In this document: piece by piece, positions 8,556 through 20,068 of the stretch
Numbering within the stretch: the stretch's first letter is position 1
Layout: every line of letters begins with the position of its first letter
Assembly (NCBI GenBank): GCA_019358915.1
Contig: JAHHIM010000029.1
Coordinates: 1 to 56,892 of the forward strand
From: Trichormus sp. ATA11-4-KO1
GTDB taxonomy: Bacteria > Cyanobacteriota > Cyanobacteriia > Cyanobacteriales > Nostocaceae
Reading direction: 5' to 3'
DNA length: 56,892 nucleotides
The notes under the pieces: model-generated
Database searches by the model: none
The model's input: the letters and a program-made list of their open reading frames with translations, nothing else
Told to the model about the DNA's origin: nothing
Translations under genes and position numbers: made by a program

Positions 8556-10274
8556 ATGACTACACAGACTCAGGTTCGTCCTTCATCGGTTTTTGTTGTA
8601 AGTGGTGGTGCAAAAGGGATTACGGCTCAATGTGCGATTAAAATGGCGCAGCACCAGCCTTGTAAGTTTATTTTGCTTGGTCGTTCGCAGCTTTTGGAAA
8701 TTGAGCCGGCATTTGTGCAGGATTGTTTCGAGGAACCAGCACTAAAGAAACGCATCATGGAAAATCTTCTGTCTCAAGGGGAGAAGCCGACACCCATGAG
8801 TGTACAGAAGATATATAACGAGATTATTTCTAGCCGAGAAATTAAGAAAACACTGGCAGCGATCGCCGCAACAGGCGCACAAGCAGAATATATTAGTGTA
8901 GATGTCACCAATGTTGCCGATTTGCAGCAGAAGTTAGCGGCTGTGGGTGGAATTACGGGAATTATCCACGGGGCGGGGAATTTAGCTGATAAGTTAATAG
9001 AAAAGAAAACTGACCAGGATTTTGAAAAGGTTTACACAGCTAAGGTGCAGGGATTAGAAAATCTGCTATCTTGCGTGAATCTTGAGCAACTCCAGCATTT
9101 AGTATTATTTTCCTCCGTAACTGGATTTTACGGGAATATCGGACAATCTGACTATGCGATCGCTAATGAAATTCTCAATAAATCCGCCCATTTGATTAAG
9201 CAAAATTATCCCCAGTGTCATGTAGTAGCCATTAACTGGGGTGCTTGGGATAGTGGGATGGTGTCACCGGAACTGAAAAAAGCTTTTGCAGAAAGGGGAA
9301 TTGATATTATTCCTGTGGATACGGGTACACAAATGCTAGTCAACGAACTGCACCCAGCCCATAATGACACTGCACAAGTTGTCATTGGTAGTCCATTGGT
9401 TCCCCCAATTATAGAGTTAGACACCCAACTGCGAATTCATCGTCTGCGTCGCCAGATGACATTGGAAGCCAATCCCTTCTTATATGATCATGTAATTGCA
9501 GGTGTTCCAGTATTACCTGCTACCTGTGCCATGTCCTGGATTATCAATTCCTGTGAGGAAATATATCCTGGATATAAATTATTTAGTTACACAGATTTCA
9601 AAATTTTGAAGGGAATTACTTTCAATGACACTTTAGCTAAAGAACATATTTTGGAAATAGAAGAAGTTTCCAAAGTCAACTTAGAAAAAATAGAACTAAA
9701 AGCTAAAGTTTGGAGTAAAAACCCCGCAGGAAAAACCCATTATCATTTTAGCGCTCAACTAAATCTCCAGCGAGAAATTCCCACTATCCCGACTTATGAA
9801 TCAATCAATTTAGCTGAAGATCACATCATCAAAGCTACTAAAAAAGACTTCTATCAAAATAAAGGAGCCACCCTATTTCATGGCCCTGCATTTCAGCAAG
9901 TCCAACGTGTTTTAAATATTACTCCCGAAAAAATTACCACAGAATGCTTGTGGACAAAACTCAGCCCTCAAAGAGAAGGACAATTCCCCGTCAGATGGGT
10001 CAATCCTTATACAACAGACCTGAGTATGCACGCCTTATGGATTTGGACACAACACTTTCATCAAGAAGGTTGCTTACCCGGAAAAGTAGAGAAATTTGAA
10101 CAATTTGCCCCCACCCCACACAACGAACCATTTTACGTATCCTGCGAAGTAAAAACCAAAACACCAAGTAGTGCGATCGCCGACTTTATTATCCACGATA
10201 AACAAGGAAAAGTATACTCCCGAATGCTAGGCGCTAACGCCATTATTTGGTCAATGAAATTACTCAAAAGTTAA
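8556..10274 (+). CDS. hglG: HglG: ketoreductase-dehydratase component of the heterocyst glycolipid PKS
   Basis: KR VSGGAKGITA, HGAG, YAIANE; DH HxxxGxxxxP motif (DHVIAGVPVLP). Start set at ATG 8556 because the upstream extension lies in repeat DNA. Confidence 0.88.
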   Translation: MTTQTQVRPSSVFVVSGGAKGITAQCAIKMAQHQPCKFILLGRSQLLEIEPAFVQDCFEEPALKKRIMENLLSQGEKPTPMSVQKIYNEIISSREIKKTLAAIAATGAQAEYISVDVTNVADLQQKLAAVGGITGIIHGAGNLADKLIEKKTDQDFEKVYTAKVQGLENLLSCVNLEQLQHLVLFSSVTGFYGNIGQSDYAIANEILNKSAHLIKQNYPQCHVVAINWGAWDSGMVSPELKKAFAERGIDIIPVDTGTQMLVNELHPAHNDTAQVVIGSPLVPPIIELDTQLRIHRLRRQMTLEANPFLYDHVIAGVPVLPATCAMSWIINSCEEIYPGYKLFSYTDFKILKGITFNDTLAKEHILEIEEVSKVNLEKIELKAKVWSKNPAGKTHYHFSAQLNLQREIPTIPTYESINLAEDHIIKATKKDFYQNKGATLFHGPAFQQVQRVLNITPEKITTECLWTKLSPQREGQFPVRWVNPYTTDLSMHALWIWTQHFHQEGCLPGKVEKFEQFAPTPHNEPFYVSCEVKTKTPSSAIADFIIHDKQGKVYSRMLGANAIIWSMKLLKS

Positions 10275-10407
10275 TCACTAGGCGCTGCTGAATAAAATCT
10301 CTTATTCTTTGCGCCTTTGCGCCTTTGCGTGAAAAAAATTCTCAAATTTGGGGAACAGCGTAAATCCTGCCTTCTTTAAATACCCCAAAACTGTTGAGGA
10401 TATAAAA

Positions 10408-13400
10408 ATGCAAAAAATAGCCATCATCGGATTATCATGCCTATTCCCCGATGCAAAAACCCCTGAAGAATTTTGGCAAAATCTCATAGACCAAAAAGAT
10501 TCTACCTCATCAGCCACCATCAGCGAAATAGGCGTAGACCCTAACATTTTTTACAATCCAGTTAAAGGCACACCAGATAAAACCTATTCCCTCAAAGGTG
10601 GATATATCCGGGACTTTCAATTTAACCCCGCCGAATATCACCTCCCATCAGAATTAGTTGCTGGTTTAGACGACACCTTTAAATGGTCATTGTATGCCGC
10701 AAAACAAGCAATTACCAATAGCGGCTACTGGGGAAATCAAAACCTCCTGGCCAAATGCGGCGTAATTCTCGGTAATCTTTCCTTCCCCACCAAACTTTCC
10801 CATCAATTATTTTCCCCCATTTACCAACAAGCGATCGCACCTGCTGTTAGAGAACTTCTACAAGACGAAGACTTCAATTTAGCTGGTTTACCAAAGACAA
10901 CAAAAGCGTCTTTCTACAACGCCATGATATCTGGCTTACCAGCTTCTATAGTTGCTCAAGCTTTATCGCTATCTAGAATTAATTTATGTTTAGATGCTGC
11001 TTGTTCTTCGTCATTTTATGCTATTAAATTAGCCTCTCATTATCTATCATCCCATAAAGCTGACATGATGTTAGCGGGAGCCATCAGTTGCGCCGATTCG
11101 CTGTTTGTGCGGATGCTATTTTCCGGTGTCCAAGGCTTTTCCGAAGACGGTACAAGTCGCCCTCTAGATAAGACATCCAGAGGTCTAATTCCCGGTGATG
11201 GTGTGGGTATGGTAATGCTGAAAAGATATGCCGATGCTATCAGAGATGGTGACAATATTCTCGCCACTATTTGTGGTAATGGACTTTCCAATGATGGCAA
11301 AGGTAAGCATTTACTCAGCCCCAATACCAAAGGGCAAGTCCTCGCCTTTGAACGGGCTTATAATGAAGCCCAAATTAGTCCCCAAAGTATTGATTATCTA
11401 GAGTGTCATGCTACCGGCACATTACTAGGCGATACAACAGAACTCAATTCCATAGCTACCTTTTTTGGACAACATCAAGCCTCACCATTGGTAGGTTCTG
11501 CCAAAGCCAACACCGGACATTTACTAACGGCTGCGGGTATGGTGGGCTTGACTAAGGTCATTCTGAGTATGTCTCAGGGAGTCATTCCACCTACTATTAA
11601 TGTCGATGCACCTTTAGCCTCAGACAATAATGTCATTTCCAGTGAAAATATTGTCAGAAAAGCTACAGCCTGGCCTAACAAAAATACACCAATTAAACGG
11701 GCAGCCATCAGTGCTTTTGGGTTTGGTGGTACCAATTCCCATTTAATTATTGAACAAGGCATTACAGCCTCAGCCGCTAACTCTACAACACCCACACCAC
11801 CTACCAAAATCGCCATTGTTGGTATGGATGCCTTCTTCGGTGGATGTAACGGCTTAGATGCCTTTGAACGCAGCATTTATGAAGGAACCCAACATTTTAT
11901 TCCTCTACCACCCTCTAGATGGCATGGTATAGACGAGCAAACAAACTTACTCCAAGAGTACGGTTTAACAGATGGGAAAGCGCCTGTAGGGGCATACATT
12001 CAAGACTTTGACATTGATACTTTAGCTTGTAAAATTCCCCCCAACGAAGTGGAAAAACTCAATCCCCAACAAATGTTACTTTTAAAAGTTGCTGACCGCG
12101 CTGTTAAAGATGCAGGCTTGAAGGAAGGGGGAAATGTAGCAGTAATTGTGGCTGCGGAAACAGAGTTTTCTGTACATCAATTACAGCAACGCTGGGATTT
12201 GTCTTGGCAAGTCAAAGAAGGCTTACGGGCAGAAAATATCGCTTTACCAGATGCAGACCTTTCCCAGTTAGAAGGCGTTGTCAAAGATAGTATTCATCAT
12301 CCAGTCGAAACCGGCGAGTATGTCAGTCACATCGCCAATATTATGGCGAGTCGGATTTCCGCTTTGTGGAATTTCACTGGCCCCGCCTTTACTATGACAT
12401 CTGGTGAAAACTCTGCCCTCAAGGCCTTAGAAGTTGCCCAAATGCTGCTGTCATCTGGAGAAGTCGAGGCTGTAGTGTTGGGTGCAGTAGATTTAGCCGG
12501 TGGTGTAGAAAATGTCTTATTACGCAGTCAATTAGGCAAGTTAAATACAGGCATCAATACCTTAAGCTTTGACCAAAACGCTGATGGTTGGATGGTCGGT
12601 GAAGGTGCGGGTGCAGTTGTCCTCAAGCGTCACGACACTGCCCAACAAGACAACCAACGAATTTATGCTGTACTCGATGCCGTCAGTTTTGCAGAAAATA
12701 CTTCTCCTCAACTCACAACATCTGATGCCCAAGCTATCCAAGAGGCCTGTCAACAAGCCTTCTTGATGGCAAAAATTCAACCCACAGAGGTCAATTATGT
12801 AGAAGTATTTGGCAGTGGCATTCCCCAACAAGATGCAGCCGAAATCACAGGGTTATTACAGGCTTATCCCCAGACTGGCAATGGCTTACACTGTGCCATA
12901 GGTAGCGTCAAGGCCAACATCGGTCACACATATACGGCATCAGGAATTGCCAGCTTAATCAAAACTGCCCTCTGCCTTTACTACAGATACATTCCAGCCA
13001 CACCTCAATGGTCTGGTGCCAAAACACCACAACTATGGGAAGGTAGTCCTTTCTATGTAGCGACAGAATCTAGACCTTGGTTTGTCGATAAAGGTGGTAC
13101 TCGTCGGATAGCTGCCCTCAATAGCATCGGTATAGATGGGACTTACGCCCACGTCATTTTGTCAGAAGACCCAGACCAACAAGAACGCGACAGTAGGTAT
13201 TTACAGCAAATGCCTTTTCATCTGTTCCCCGTAACAGCTGAGAATCAAGGCAACCTACAAGAGGTTTTAAATAGTCTCCAACAAAGTATCGAAGATAGTT
13301 CTTGTTTATCCACCACAGCGAGTCAGACCTTCATCACCTTTAAAGAACATATCGATGCTAAATATGCCCTAGCAATTACCGGACGTAACAAAAAAGAACT

Positions 13401-15087
13401 CCTCAAACAAATCGATGCAGCCCGTAAAGGCGTAACTAATGCCTTTGAAAAAGGTACAGATTGGCAAACACCACTAGGTAGTTATTTTACAGCCAACCCC
13501 TTGGGTAAACGCGGAACATTAGCCTACGTCTATCCAGCCGCAGTCAATTCTTATATCGGCATCGGCCGGACAGTCTTCCGCTTATTCCCGAAAGTCTTCG
13601 AGGACTTAAAAAGCAACAATCTCTATAATCGTGCAGCCGATGTAGAAAAATTAGTTTATCCCCGCAGTTTCCCTAAACTCACAACCAGACAACTAGAAAC
13701 CCTCGAAAAGCAACTGTTAGATGATTCCCTGGCGATGTTTGAAAGTGAAATCGCCTTCGCCAGATACATGACAGCTATTTTCCGAGACGACTTTCAAGTC
13801 AAACCCCAATGCGTCTTCGGCTATAGTTTAGGTGAAACCAGCATGATGGTAGCCCAAGGAGTTTGGAGTGATTTCGAGGGTGGTAGTAATACTCTGAATT
13901 CATCACCCTTATTTGGCGATAAATTATCAGGCCCGAAAAACGTCGTCCGTGAGTATTGGGGCTTAACTACAACAGAATTACAAGACGATAACTTTTGGGG
14001 TACTTATGTACTCATGACCACCCCCTCTCAAGTCAGAGAAGCTCTTCAACATGAGTCACGAGTTTATTTAACTCAAATCAACACACCAGAAGAAGTCTTA
14101 ATTGCCGGTGAGAAAACAGCCTGTCAAAGAGTAATTAAAACCCTTGGTTGTAACGCTTTTCCTGCACCCTTCGATCATGTCATACATTGTGACCCTATGC
14201 GATCGCAATACGCAGAGATAGCCAAAGTCAACACCTTACCCAGCCAAAATTTACCAGGTATCACATTTTACTCCGCCGCCGAATACCAACCCATCGTCCT
14301 AGATAGTGGTGTCATTGCGCGCAGCATAGCCACCGGACTGAGCCAACAACTGGACTTTCCCCGACTAGTTAACCGTATCTACGACGACGGCATAAAAATA
14401 TTCATCGAAGCTGGTGCAGGTGGAGTATGTTCACGATGGATTAGCAAAATCTTAGAAAACAAAGAACACCTTACCGTATCTCTGAATCGTAGAGGCATGG
14501 ATGACCACAGTTCTATGGTCAAAGCCTTAGCCAAACTAGTTGGTCACCGAGTCACCTTAGACTTATCACCACTGTACAACCTCACCACCACCACCAAACA
14601 AAACAAATTAACCCTGAGAACCATCACCTTAGGAGGTAAATCAATTACTGCGGCAATATTAACAGAAGAAAACCGTAAACACTTCCAAAATATCGCCAAT
14701 AACCTCAACAATTATCGGGTGGAACATCTGCATCAAAACATACAATTACCCACCTCAATCCAGCCAGCAGAAGACCCAATAAAAAATATCATGGAACACG
14801 GTTTTGAGACTCCAGAAGAATTACAATCTTTTGAGTCAACAGCCCTGGGACAGAAAAATCTGCAACCAATTGTGTCATCTCCAGCCGCAAATCATCAACT
14901 TGATAACACAATTAGAATGTTTGAACTCAACAAAACTCAGTATCAAAAACTGAGTGAAAACAATTACCGCATAACCAAAAATCATACTGCTTTCTTACAA
15001 GCTAGAAAAGATTTTAGTAAACAAATGAGCGAAATCATTCAATTACAACTAGCCTGTGCGGAAAACTTATTGAATGAAGAAACTTAA
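10408..15087 (+). CDS. hglC: Fused HglD-HglC (KS, CLF-like KS, AT; PfaB/C-like)
   Basis: First KS has DAACSSS/HATGT; second KS has Glu in place of the catalytic Cys (SGENSA); AT is GYSLG. ATG 10408 follows a GAGGA Shine-Dalgarno. Confidence 0.88.
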   Translation: MQKIAIIGLSCLFPDAKTPEEFWQNLIDQKDSTSSATISEIGVDPNIFYNPVKGTPDKTYSLKGGYIRDFQFNPAEYHLPSELVAGLDDTFKWSLYAAKQAITNSGYWGNQNLLAKCGVILGNLSFPTKLSHQLFSPIYQQAIAPAVRELLQDEDFNLAGLPKTTKASFYNAMISGLPASIVAQALSLSRINLCLDAACSSSFYAIKLASHYLSSHKADMMLAGAISCADSLFVRMLFSGVQGFSEDGTSRPLDKTSRGLIPGDGVGMVMLKRYADAIRDGDNILATICGNGLSNDGKGKHLLSPNTKGQVLAFERAYNEAQISPQSIDYLECHATGTLLGDTTELNSIATFFGQHQASPLVGSAKANTGHLLTAAGMVGLTKVILSMSQGVIPPTINVDAPLASDNNVISSENIVRKATAWPNKNTPIKRAAISAFGFGGTNSHLIIEQGITASAANSTTPTPPTKIAIVGMDAFFGGCNGLDAFERSIYEGTQHFIPLPPSRWHGIDEQTNLLQEYGLTDGKAPVGAYIQDFDIDTLACKIPPNEVEKLNPQQMLLLKVADRAVKDAGLKEGGNVAVIVAAETEFSVHQLQQRWDLSWQVKEGLRAENIALPDADLSQLEGVVKDSIHHPVETGEYVSHIANIMASRISALWNFTGPAFTMTSGENSALKALEVAQMLLSSGEVEAVVLGAVDLAGGVENVLLRSQLGKLNTGINTLSFDQNADGWMVGEGAGAVVLKRHDTAQQDNQRIYAVLDAVSFAENTSPQLTTSDAQAIQEACQQAFLMAKIQPTEVNYVEVFGSGIPQQDAAEITGLLQAYPQTGNGLHCAIGSVKANIGHTYTASGIASLIKTALCLYYRYIPATPQWSGAKTPQLWEGSPFYVATESRPWFVDKGGTRRIAALNSIGIDGTYAHVILSEDPDQQERDSRYLQQMPFHLFPVTAENQGNLQEVLNSLQQSIEDSSCLSTTASQTFITFKEHIDAKYALAITGRNKKELLKQIDAARKGVTNAFEKGTDWQTPLGSYFTANPLGKRGTLAYVYPAAVNSYIGIGRTVFRLFPKVFEDLKSNNLYNRAADVEKLVYPRSFPKLTTRQLETLEKQLLDDSLAMFESEIAFARYMTAIFRDDFQVKPQCVFGYSLGETSMMVAQGVWSDFEGGSNTLNSSPLFGDKLSGPKNVVREYWGLTTTELQDDNFWGTYVLMTTPSQVREALQHESRVYLTQINTPEEVLIAGEKTACQRVIKTLGCNAFPAPFDHVIHCDPMRSQYAEIAKVNTLPSQNLPGITFYSAAEYQPIVLDSGVIARSIATGLSQQLDFPRLVNRIYDDGIKIFIEAGAGGVCSRWISKILENKEHLTVSLNRRGMDDHSSMVKALAKLVGHRVTLDLSPLYNLTTTTKQNKLTLRTITLGGKSITAAILTEENRKHFQNIANNLNNYRVEHLHQNIQLPTSIQPAEDPIKNIMEHGFETPEELQSFESTALGQKNLQPIVSSPAANHQLDNTIRMFELNKTQYQKLSENNYRITKNHTAFLQARKDFSKQMSEIIQLQLACAENLLNEET

Positions 15088-15097
15088 TTAAATTAAG

Positions 15098-15177
15098 GGC
15101 GTTGCTGATTGAAAGTATGAATTACCTCGTGCCAAGCCGCAAAGACGCAAAGAATCTTTCTCTTATTCAGCAACGCC
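15098..15177. mobile_element. Miniature inverted-repeat element with CGCAAAG-type octamer repeats
   Basis: Terminal IR ggcgttgctga...tcagcaacgcc; a related inverted copy starts at 10281 (ggcgctgctgaataa...ctttgcgcctttgcgcctttgcgtg). Confidence 0.6.
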
Positions 15178-15265
15178 AACCATCACTATTTGTTAAAAAA
15201 AAGGATTGCTACAACAACCCTCAACACTTAATAACCCATCATTAACAACTTGAGGTAAAACTACA

Positions 15266-16936
15266 GTGACTCCCGTAGATACACTACCAAACAAACAAAA
15301 TAATAGCCTGAAATTCTCCCCCCACATTCACACTCAAAACTTTACCTGGCAAGGGTGTCTAGATAGTGTATCCTTCGACCAATCAACCATCAAAAACAAA
15401 CTACAAACATTAGATAAACCCTGTTACATCCTCAAAATTGCCGACAAAATCGGAGTCACCAACGAAGGCTACCTCTGCCAAGAAAATAACCCAACTGCAC
15501 AACTCCTCACCTCCATTCCCCCCATCACCCTCCAGCAACTAGGAGACCCAAACTTCCTAGCTTTTCACGGAGTCAAATATGCCTACGTCACCGGCGCAAT
15601 GGCAGGCGGAATAGCCTCCGAAGAAATGGTCATCGCCCTGGGAAAAGCCAAAATCTTGAGTTCCTTCGGTGCAGGTGGACTACCTCCAGAACGCTTAGAA
15701 ACAGCCATTAAGCGTATTCAAGAAGCTCTACCTCATGGCCCCTACGCTTTCAACTTAATTCACAGCCCTAATGACATGGCAATCGAACGCCGTGCCGTAC
15801 AACTATATCTCAAACATCAAGTCAGAACCGTAGAAGCCTCAGCATTTCTCGATTTAACCCCCAACATCGTTTATTACCGTATCGCTGGACTCAGCTTAAA
15901 TGATGCCAACCAAATCGAAATTAAAAACAAAGTCATCACCAAAATTTCTCGTCGAGAAGTAGCAACCAAATTTCTGCAACCAGCACCACCCAGAATCATC
16001 AAAGAACTACTAGAACAAGGATTAATCACCGACTTACAAGCCAAACTTGCAGCCAAAGTACCGATGGCTGACGATATTACCGTCGAAGCCGATTCTGGCG
16101 GGCATACAGATAATCGTCCCCTTGTCTGTTTATTACCTTCTATTATTGCTTTGCGGAATGAAATCCAAGAACAATATCATTACGACCAACCAATTAGAAT
16201 TGGTGTAGCCGGGGGAATTGCCACACCACAATCAGCCTTAGCAGCTTTTATGATGGGTGCTGCGTATATCATGACTGGCTCAATTAATCAGTCCTGCATT
16301 GAATCTGGAGCTTGTGAACATACCAAAAAATTACTAGCTCAAGCAGAAATGGCAGATATGATTATGGCTCCAGCCGCCGATATGTTTGAAATGGGGGTGA
16401 AACTGCAAGTCCTCAAACGCGGCACAATGTTTCCCATGCGAGCGCAGAAGTTGTATGAATTATACCGGACTTATGACTCCATTGAAGATATTCCCCTGGC
16501 AGAAAGACAGAAATTAGAAAAGCAAATTTTTCGCAAAACTCTAGCCGAGGTCTGGGAAGGCACAGCAGCTTATTTATCCCAGAAAAACCCTGAAAAACTA
16601 GGTAAAGCAGTTAATAATCCGAAGTTGAAAATGGCGTTAATTTTTCGCTGGTATTTAGGATTATCTTCTCGGTGGTCTAGTTCTGGGGAAAAAGGTAGAG
16701 AAGTTGATTATCAAATTTGGTGTGGCCCAGCAATGGGTAGTTTTAATGATTGGGTGCGGGGTTCTTACTTAGCTGAACCACATAATCGTCGGGTCGTTGA
16801 TGTTGCTCATCACATTATGACGGGAGCAGCCTTCTTATATCGCATTCAAAGCTTGAAAATGCAAGGAATGCAAATCCCCGAAGATTACAGTCAGTATTGC
16901 CCAGAAAATCCTCAATTATTGGAGATGTCAAAATGA
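15266..16936 (+). CDS. hglA: HglA, PfaD-family enoyl reductase
   Basis: [42 protein letters not shown] and [11 protein letters not shown] are PfaD hallmarks. Confidence 0.93.
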   Translation: MTPVDTLPNKQNNSLKFSPHIHTQNFTWQGCLDSVSFDQSTIKNKLQTLDKPCYILKIADKIGVTNEGYLCQENNPTAQLLTSIPPITLQQLGDPNFLAFHGVKYAYVTGAMAGGIASEEMVIALGKAKILSSFGAGGLPPERLETAIKRIQEALPHGPYAFNLIHSPNDMAIERRAVQLYLKHQVRTVEASAFLDLTPNIVYYRIAGLSLNDANQIEIKNKVITKISRREVATKFLQPAPPRIIKELLEQGLITDLQAKLAAKVPMADDITVEADSGGHTDNRPLVCLLPSIIALRNEIQEQYHYDQPIRIGVAGGIATPQSALAAFMMGAAYIMTGSINQSCIESGACEHTKKLLAQAEMADMIMAPAADMFEMGVKLQVLKRGTMFPMRAQKLYELYRTYDSIEDIPLAERQKLEKQIFRKTLAEVWEGTAAYLSQKNPEKLGKAVNNPKLKMALIFRWYLGLSSRWSSSGEKGREVDYQIWCGPAMGSFNDWVRGSYLAEPHNRRVVDVAHHIMTGAAFLYRIQSLKMQGMQIPEDYSQYCPENPQLLEMSK

Positions 16937-18447
16937 CTCTAAAACAATCTTATAGCGCAGCAGATATTCAAGATTGGTTGGTATCTAACTTGGCTGAGTT
17001 AATAAAAGTAGAAACTGACGAAATAGATGTCAGCGAGAATTTAGAAACCTATGGTTTAGATTCAGCACAAGCAATGACTTTAGTGAGTAAGTTGGAAAAA
17101 CTGCTGGGGTTTCAACCATCTCCACTTCTCTTATGGCACTACCCAACTATTGCTTCACTTTCACAACGTTTAGCTGATAGCGATAGCGTGGCATCAGCCA
17201 TAGAATTACAAGAAGGTGTGCAGGTTCAAGACAGTCAGACAAATTTTAATCTAGATTTGGGTGCTGAAGCTGTGCTTGACCCCACCATTCATCCTGGTGC
17301 TGCATCTAGCGTGTCTATCGGTGAACCCAAGAATATATTTTTAACTGGGGGAACTGGTTTTTTAGGTGCTTTTATTATCCGGGAACTACTACAAGAAACT
17401 GATGCAGATATTTATTGCTTAGTGCGGGCTGCTAATCCTACCGAAGGCAAAAATAAACTGCAAAAAAACCTGGAGCAGTATGCAATTTGGGATGAGAAAT
17501 TTAATTCTCGAATTATCCCCATAGTTGGTGATTTATCTGAACCACTTTTGGGTATTGCCTCCGAACAGTTTCAAATTTTAGCTACTAATATTGATACCAT
17601 CTACCATAGTGCTGCTTTGCTGAATTATGTATATCCATACTCAGCATTGAAGGCTGCTAACGTTCTGGGAACTCAAGAAGTTTTAAGATTGGCTTGTCAA
17701 ATCAAAGTCAAGCCAGTACATTACGTTTCCAGTGTCGCTGTGTTTGAATCAACTGCTTATGCTGGTCATTTAGTAGAAGAACAAGATGATTTCAATCATT
17801 GGGAAGGTATTTATCTTGGTTACTCTCAGACTAAATGGGTGGCAGAAAAGTTAGTCAAGATTGCCCGTGATAGAGGTTTACCTGTAACTATCCATAGACC
17901 ACCATTAATCTCAGGAGATAGCCAAACAGGTATTTGTAACACCCATGATTTTATCAATTTGATGACCAAGGGTTGTCTACAAATGGGATGTTTTCCCGAT
18001 GTGGATTATATGTTGGATATGTCTCCTGTGGATTATGTAAGTAAAGCCATTGTTTATCTATCAAGACAGAAAGAATCGATAGGTAAGGCTTTCCACTTGC
18101 AACATCCTCAACCAATTTCTTTGAAAAATTTAGTTGAATGGGTTCGCTCGTTTGGTTATTCGGTGGAGATGATTCCTTATGAACAGTGGCAAGCAGAGTT
18201 AATTAATAATGTTTCTTCTGTGGACAATCCTTTGTATACCTTGCGACCTTTTTTATTGGAACGCTGGTCTGATGAACAACTGACTATTCCAGATTTGTAT
18301 TTGCAAGCTAGAAGACCGACTATTAGTTGTCAGGAAACTCTGAAAGCACTCTCAGGTAGTTCTATTATTTGTCCGCCAATTGATTCCCAATTGCTGATGA
18401 CTTACACTTCCTACTTGATTAATAGTGGTTTCTTGACTCTTGCCTAA
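16933..18447 (+). CDS. hetM: HglB/HetM: ACP plus thioester reductase (reductive chain release)
   Basis: ACP GLDSA, reductase LTGGTGFLG and [14 protein letters not shown] overlap with the hglA stop. Confidence 0.92.
   Translation: MTLKQSYSAADIQDWLVSNLAELIKVETDEIDVSENLETYGLDSAQAMTLVSKLEKLLGFQPSPLLLWHYPTIASLSQRLADSDSVASAIELQEGVQVQDSQTNFNLDLGAEAVLDPTIHPGAASSVSIGEPKNIFLTGGTGFLGAFIIRELLQETDADIYCLVRAANPTEGKNKLQKNLEQYAIWDEKFNSRIIPIVGDLSEPLLGIASEQFQILATNIDTIYHSAALLNYVYPYSALKAANVLGTQEVLRLACQIKVKPVHYVSSVAVFESTAYAGHLVEEQDDFNHWEGIYLGYSQTKWVAEKLVKIARDRGLPVTIHRPPLISGDSQTGICNTHDFINLMTKGCLQMGCFPDVDYMLDMSPVDYVSKAIVYLSRQKESIGKAFHLQHPQPISLKNLVEWVRSFGYSVEMIPYEQWQAELINNVSSVDNPLYTLRPFLLERWSDEQLTIPDLYLQARRPTISCQETLKALSGSSIICPPIDSQLLMTYTSYLINSGFLTLA
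17178..17201 (+). repeat. 24-nt small dispersed repeat inserted in frame in hetM
   Basis: tagcgatagcgtggcatcagccat; removing it gives GCT GAA GAA TTA (AEEL). A related intergenic copy lies on the opposite strand at 3026-3052. Confidence 0.65.
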
Positions 18448-19084
18448 TTTGTTTTATTGGTAACAGTTAAAAATTATGAGTGATAATTTTATTGTTTATC
18501 ACTCATAATTTTATTATGATATTTGCCAATTAATTATTATACTCTTCATAAGAAATATAGCGCCATTGGCAAGAAAATTGCCCTGTTTTATTGAGTTTAC
18601 AAATTTGTAAACTCAAGTTTTTTATTAAGAATTAAATATAGAAAATTAATTTAACTTTGGTAAATATAAGAGAATTCAACAGTTATAAGGTTATATTAGA
18701 TAGGGCGATCGCTCTACCTATTCTCTAAATAATTATGACATTCTATTTATCAATAATTGAGCATACAATAGTAATTGTCATGGATTAAATTTTTATTTAT
18801 CAACGCTTTTGTGAGTAATCCATTATATAAATGTAGAGTAGTGGCTAGCAGTGTAAAATAACTGAATCTCATTGGTAATCAATTTGTACAATGTGTAAGT
18901 CCTAAATTCATGTCGGCACTGCTACATTTTTCCAGTTCTTGCTCAACTCATCACACAAGTATGAGCAAGGGTAACGACTCAAGATAATTTTAGTAGGTTC
19001 GTTACAGTTATTAAATTGTAGACAATTGAGAACCACAGTAAATGCAGGATAGCTTGCTCAAATTGAATTCACCAACCTTCTTAC

Positions 19085-19894
19085 ATGAACACAACAAACC
19101 AAGGTCAATATCAATACAAGCAAACTGCTCTGATCACTGGAGCAGCAGGTGGAATTGGCTATGAATTAGCATGTATTTTTGCCTGTAATGATTATAATCT
19201 TGTATTAGTAGACAGAATTGGGCTAAAACTCAAAGAAATTGCCGTTAATTTCCAACAGAAATTTGGTAATCTCGTCAAAACTATTGTGAAGGATTTATCT
19301 ATATCTACATCCCCTGAAGAAATTTTTACAGAGTTGCAACAAGCAAACATTACGATTGATGTGCTGGTAAATAATGCTGGATTTGGTATCTATGGATTAT
19401 TTAACGAAACCAACCTAACGGCTGAATTAGAAATGCTACAAGTAAACTTGGTGTGTCTCACCCATTTAACTAAGCTATTTCTGAAGGATATGGTAAAACA
19501 AGGCGAGGGAAAAATATTAAATGTTGCCTCGGCGGCGGCTTTTCAACCAGGCCCTTTGATGGCAGTTTATTTTGCTACTAAGGCTTATATCTTATCGTTT
19601 TCGGAAGCGATCGCTAATGAATTAGAAGGTACAGGTGTCACTGTGACGGTTCTTTGTCCAGGTTCAACAGAATCTGCCTTTCATGAAAGAACGGGGATGG
19701 CAGACTCTAAGCTGGTTAAGGGTAAGAGGATGATGGATGCAGCAACAGTAGCTAAAATTGGTTATCGCGCTTTGATGAAAGGCCAAACAGTTGTTATTCC
19801 CGGTGTCATAAATCAACTACTAGCAAAAAGTGTCAGATTTACACCCAGAAAGCTAGTTACGAAAATTGTGAGAAATATGCAAGAAGATAGATAA
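19085..19894 (+). CDS. Short-chain dehydrogenase/reductase at the hetN position, lacking the RGSGR motif
   Basis: TGAAGGIG, NNAG, YFATK; located downstream of hetM; KQGEGK where HetN has ERGSGR. Confidence 0.85.
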   Translation: MNTTNQGQYQYKQTALITGAAGGIGYELACIFACNDYNLVLVDRIGLKLKEIAVNFQQKFGNLVKTIVKDLSISTSPEEIFTELQQANITIDVLVNNAGFGIYGLFNETNLTAELEMLQVNLVCLTHLTKLFLKDMVKQGEGKILNVASAAAFQPGPLMAVYFATKAYILSFSEAIANELEGTGVTVTVLCPGSTESAFHERTGMADSKLVKGKRMMDAATVAKIGYRALMKGQTVVIPGVINQLLAKSVRFTPRKLVTKIVRNMQEDR

Positions 19895-20068
19895 CCAGTC
19901 AAAGATGTTGATGGCTGGGGTAAGCAGCTTAATGAACTGCACAAGTCAGAAGAAGTAAGCTCATCCCCGCCTTAAAATCTATATTATTTTAACGTGAGTT
20001 CGACAAGTCTTTTTTGACCTCTGTACGCAGTTCATGATGGCTATTTAAATTCTGCAACACTGCCATTT

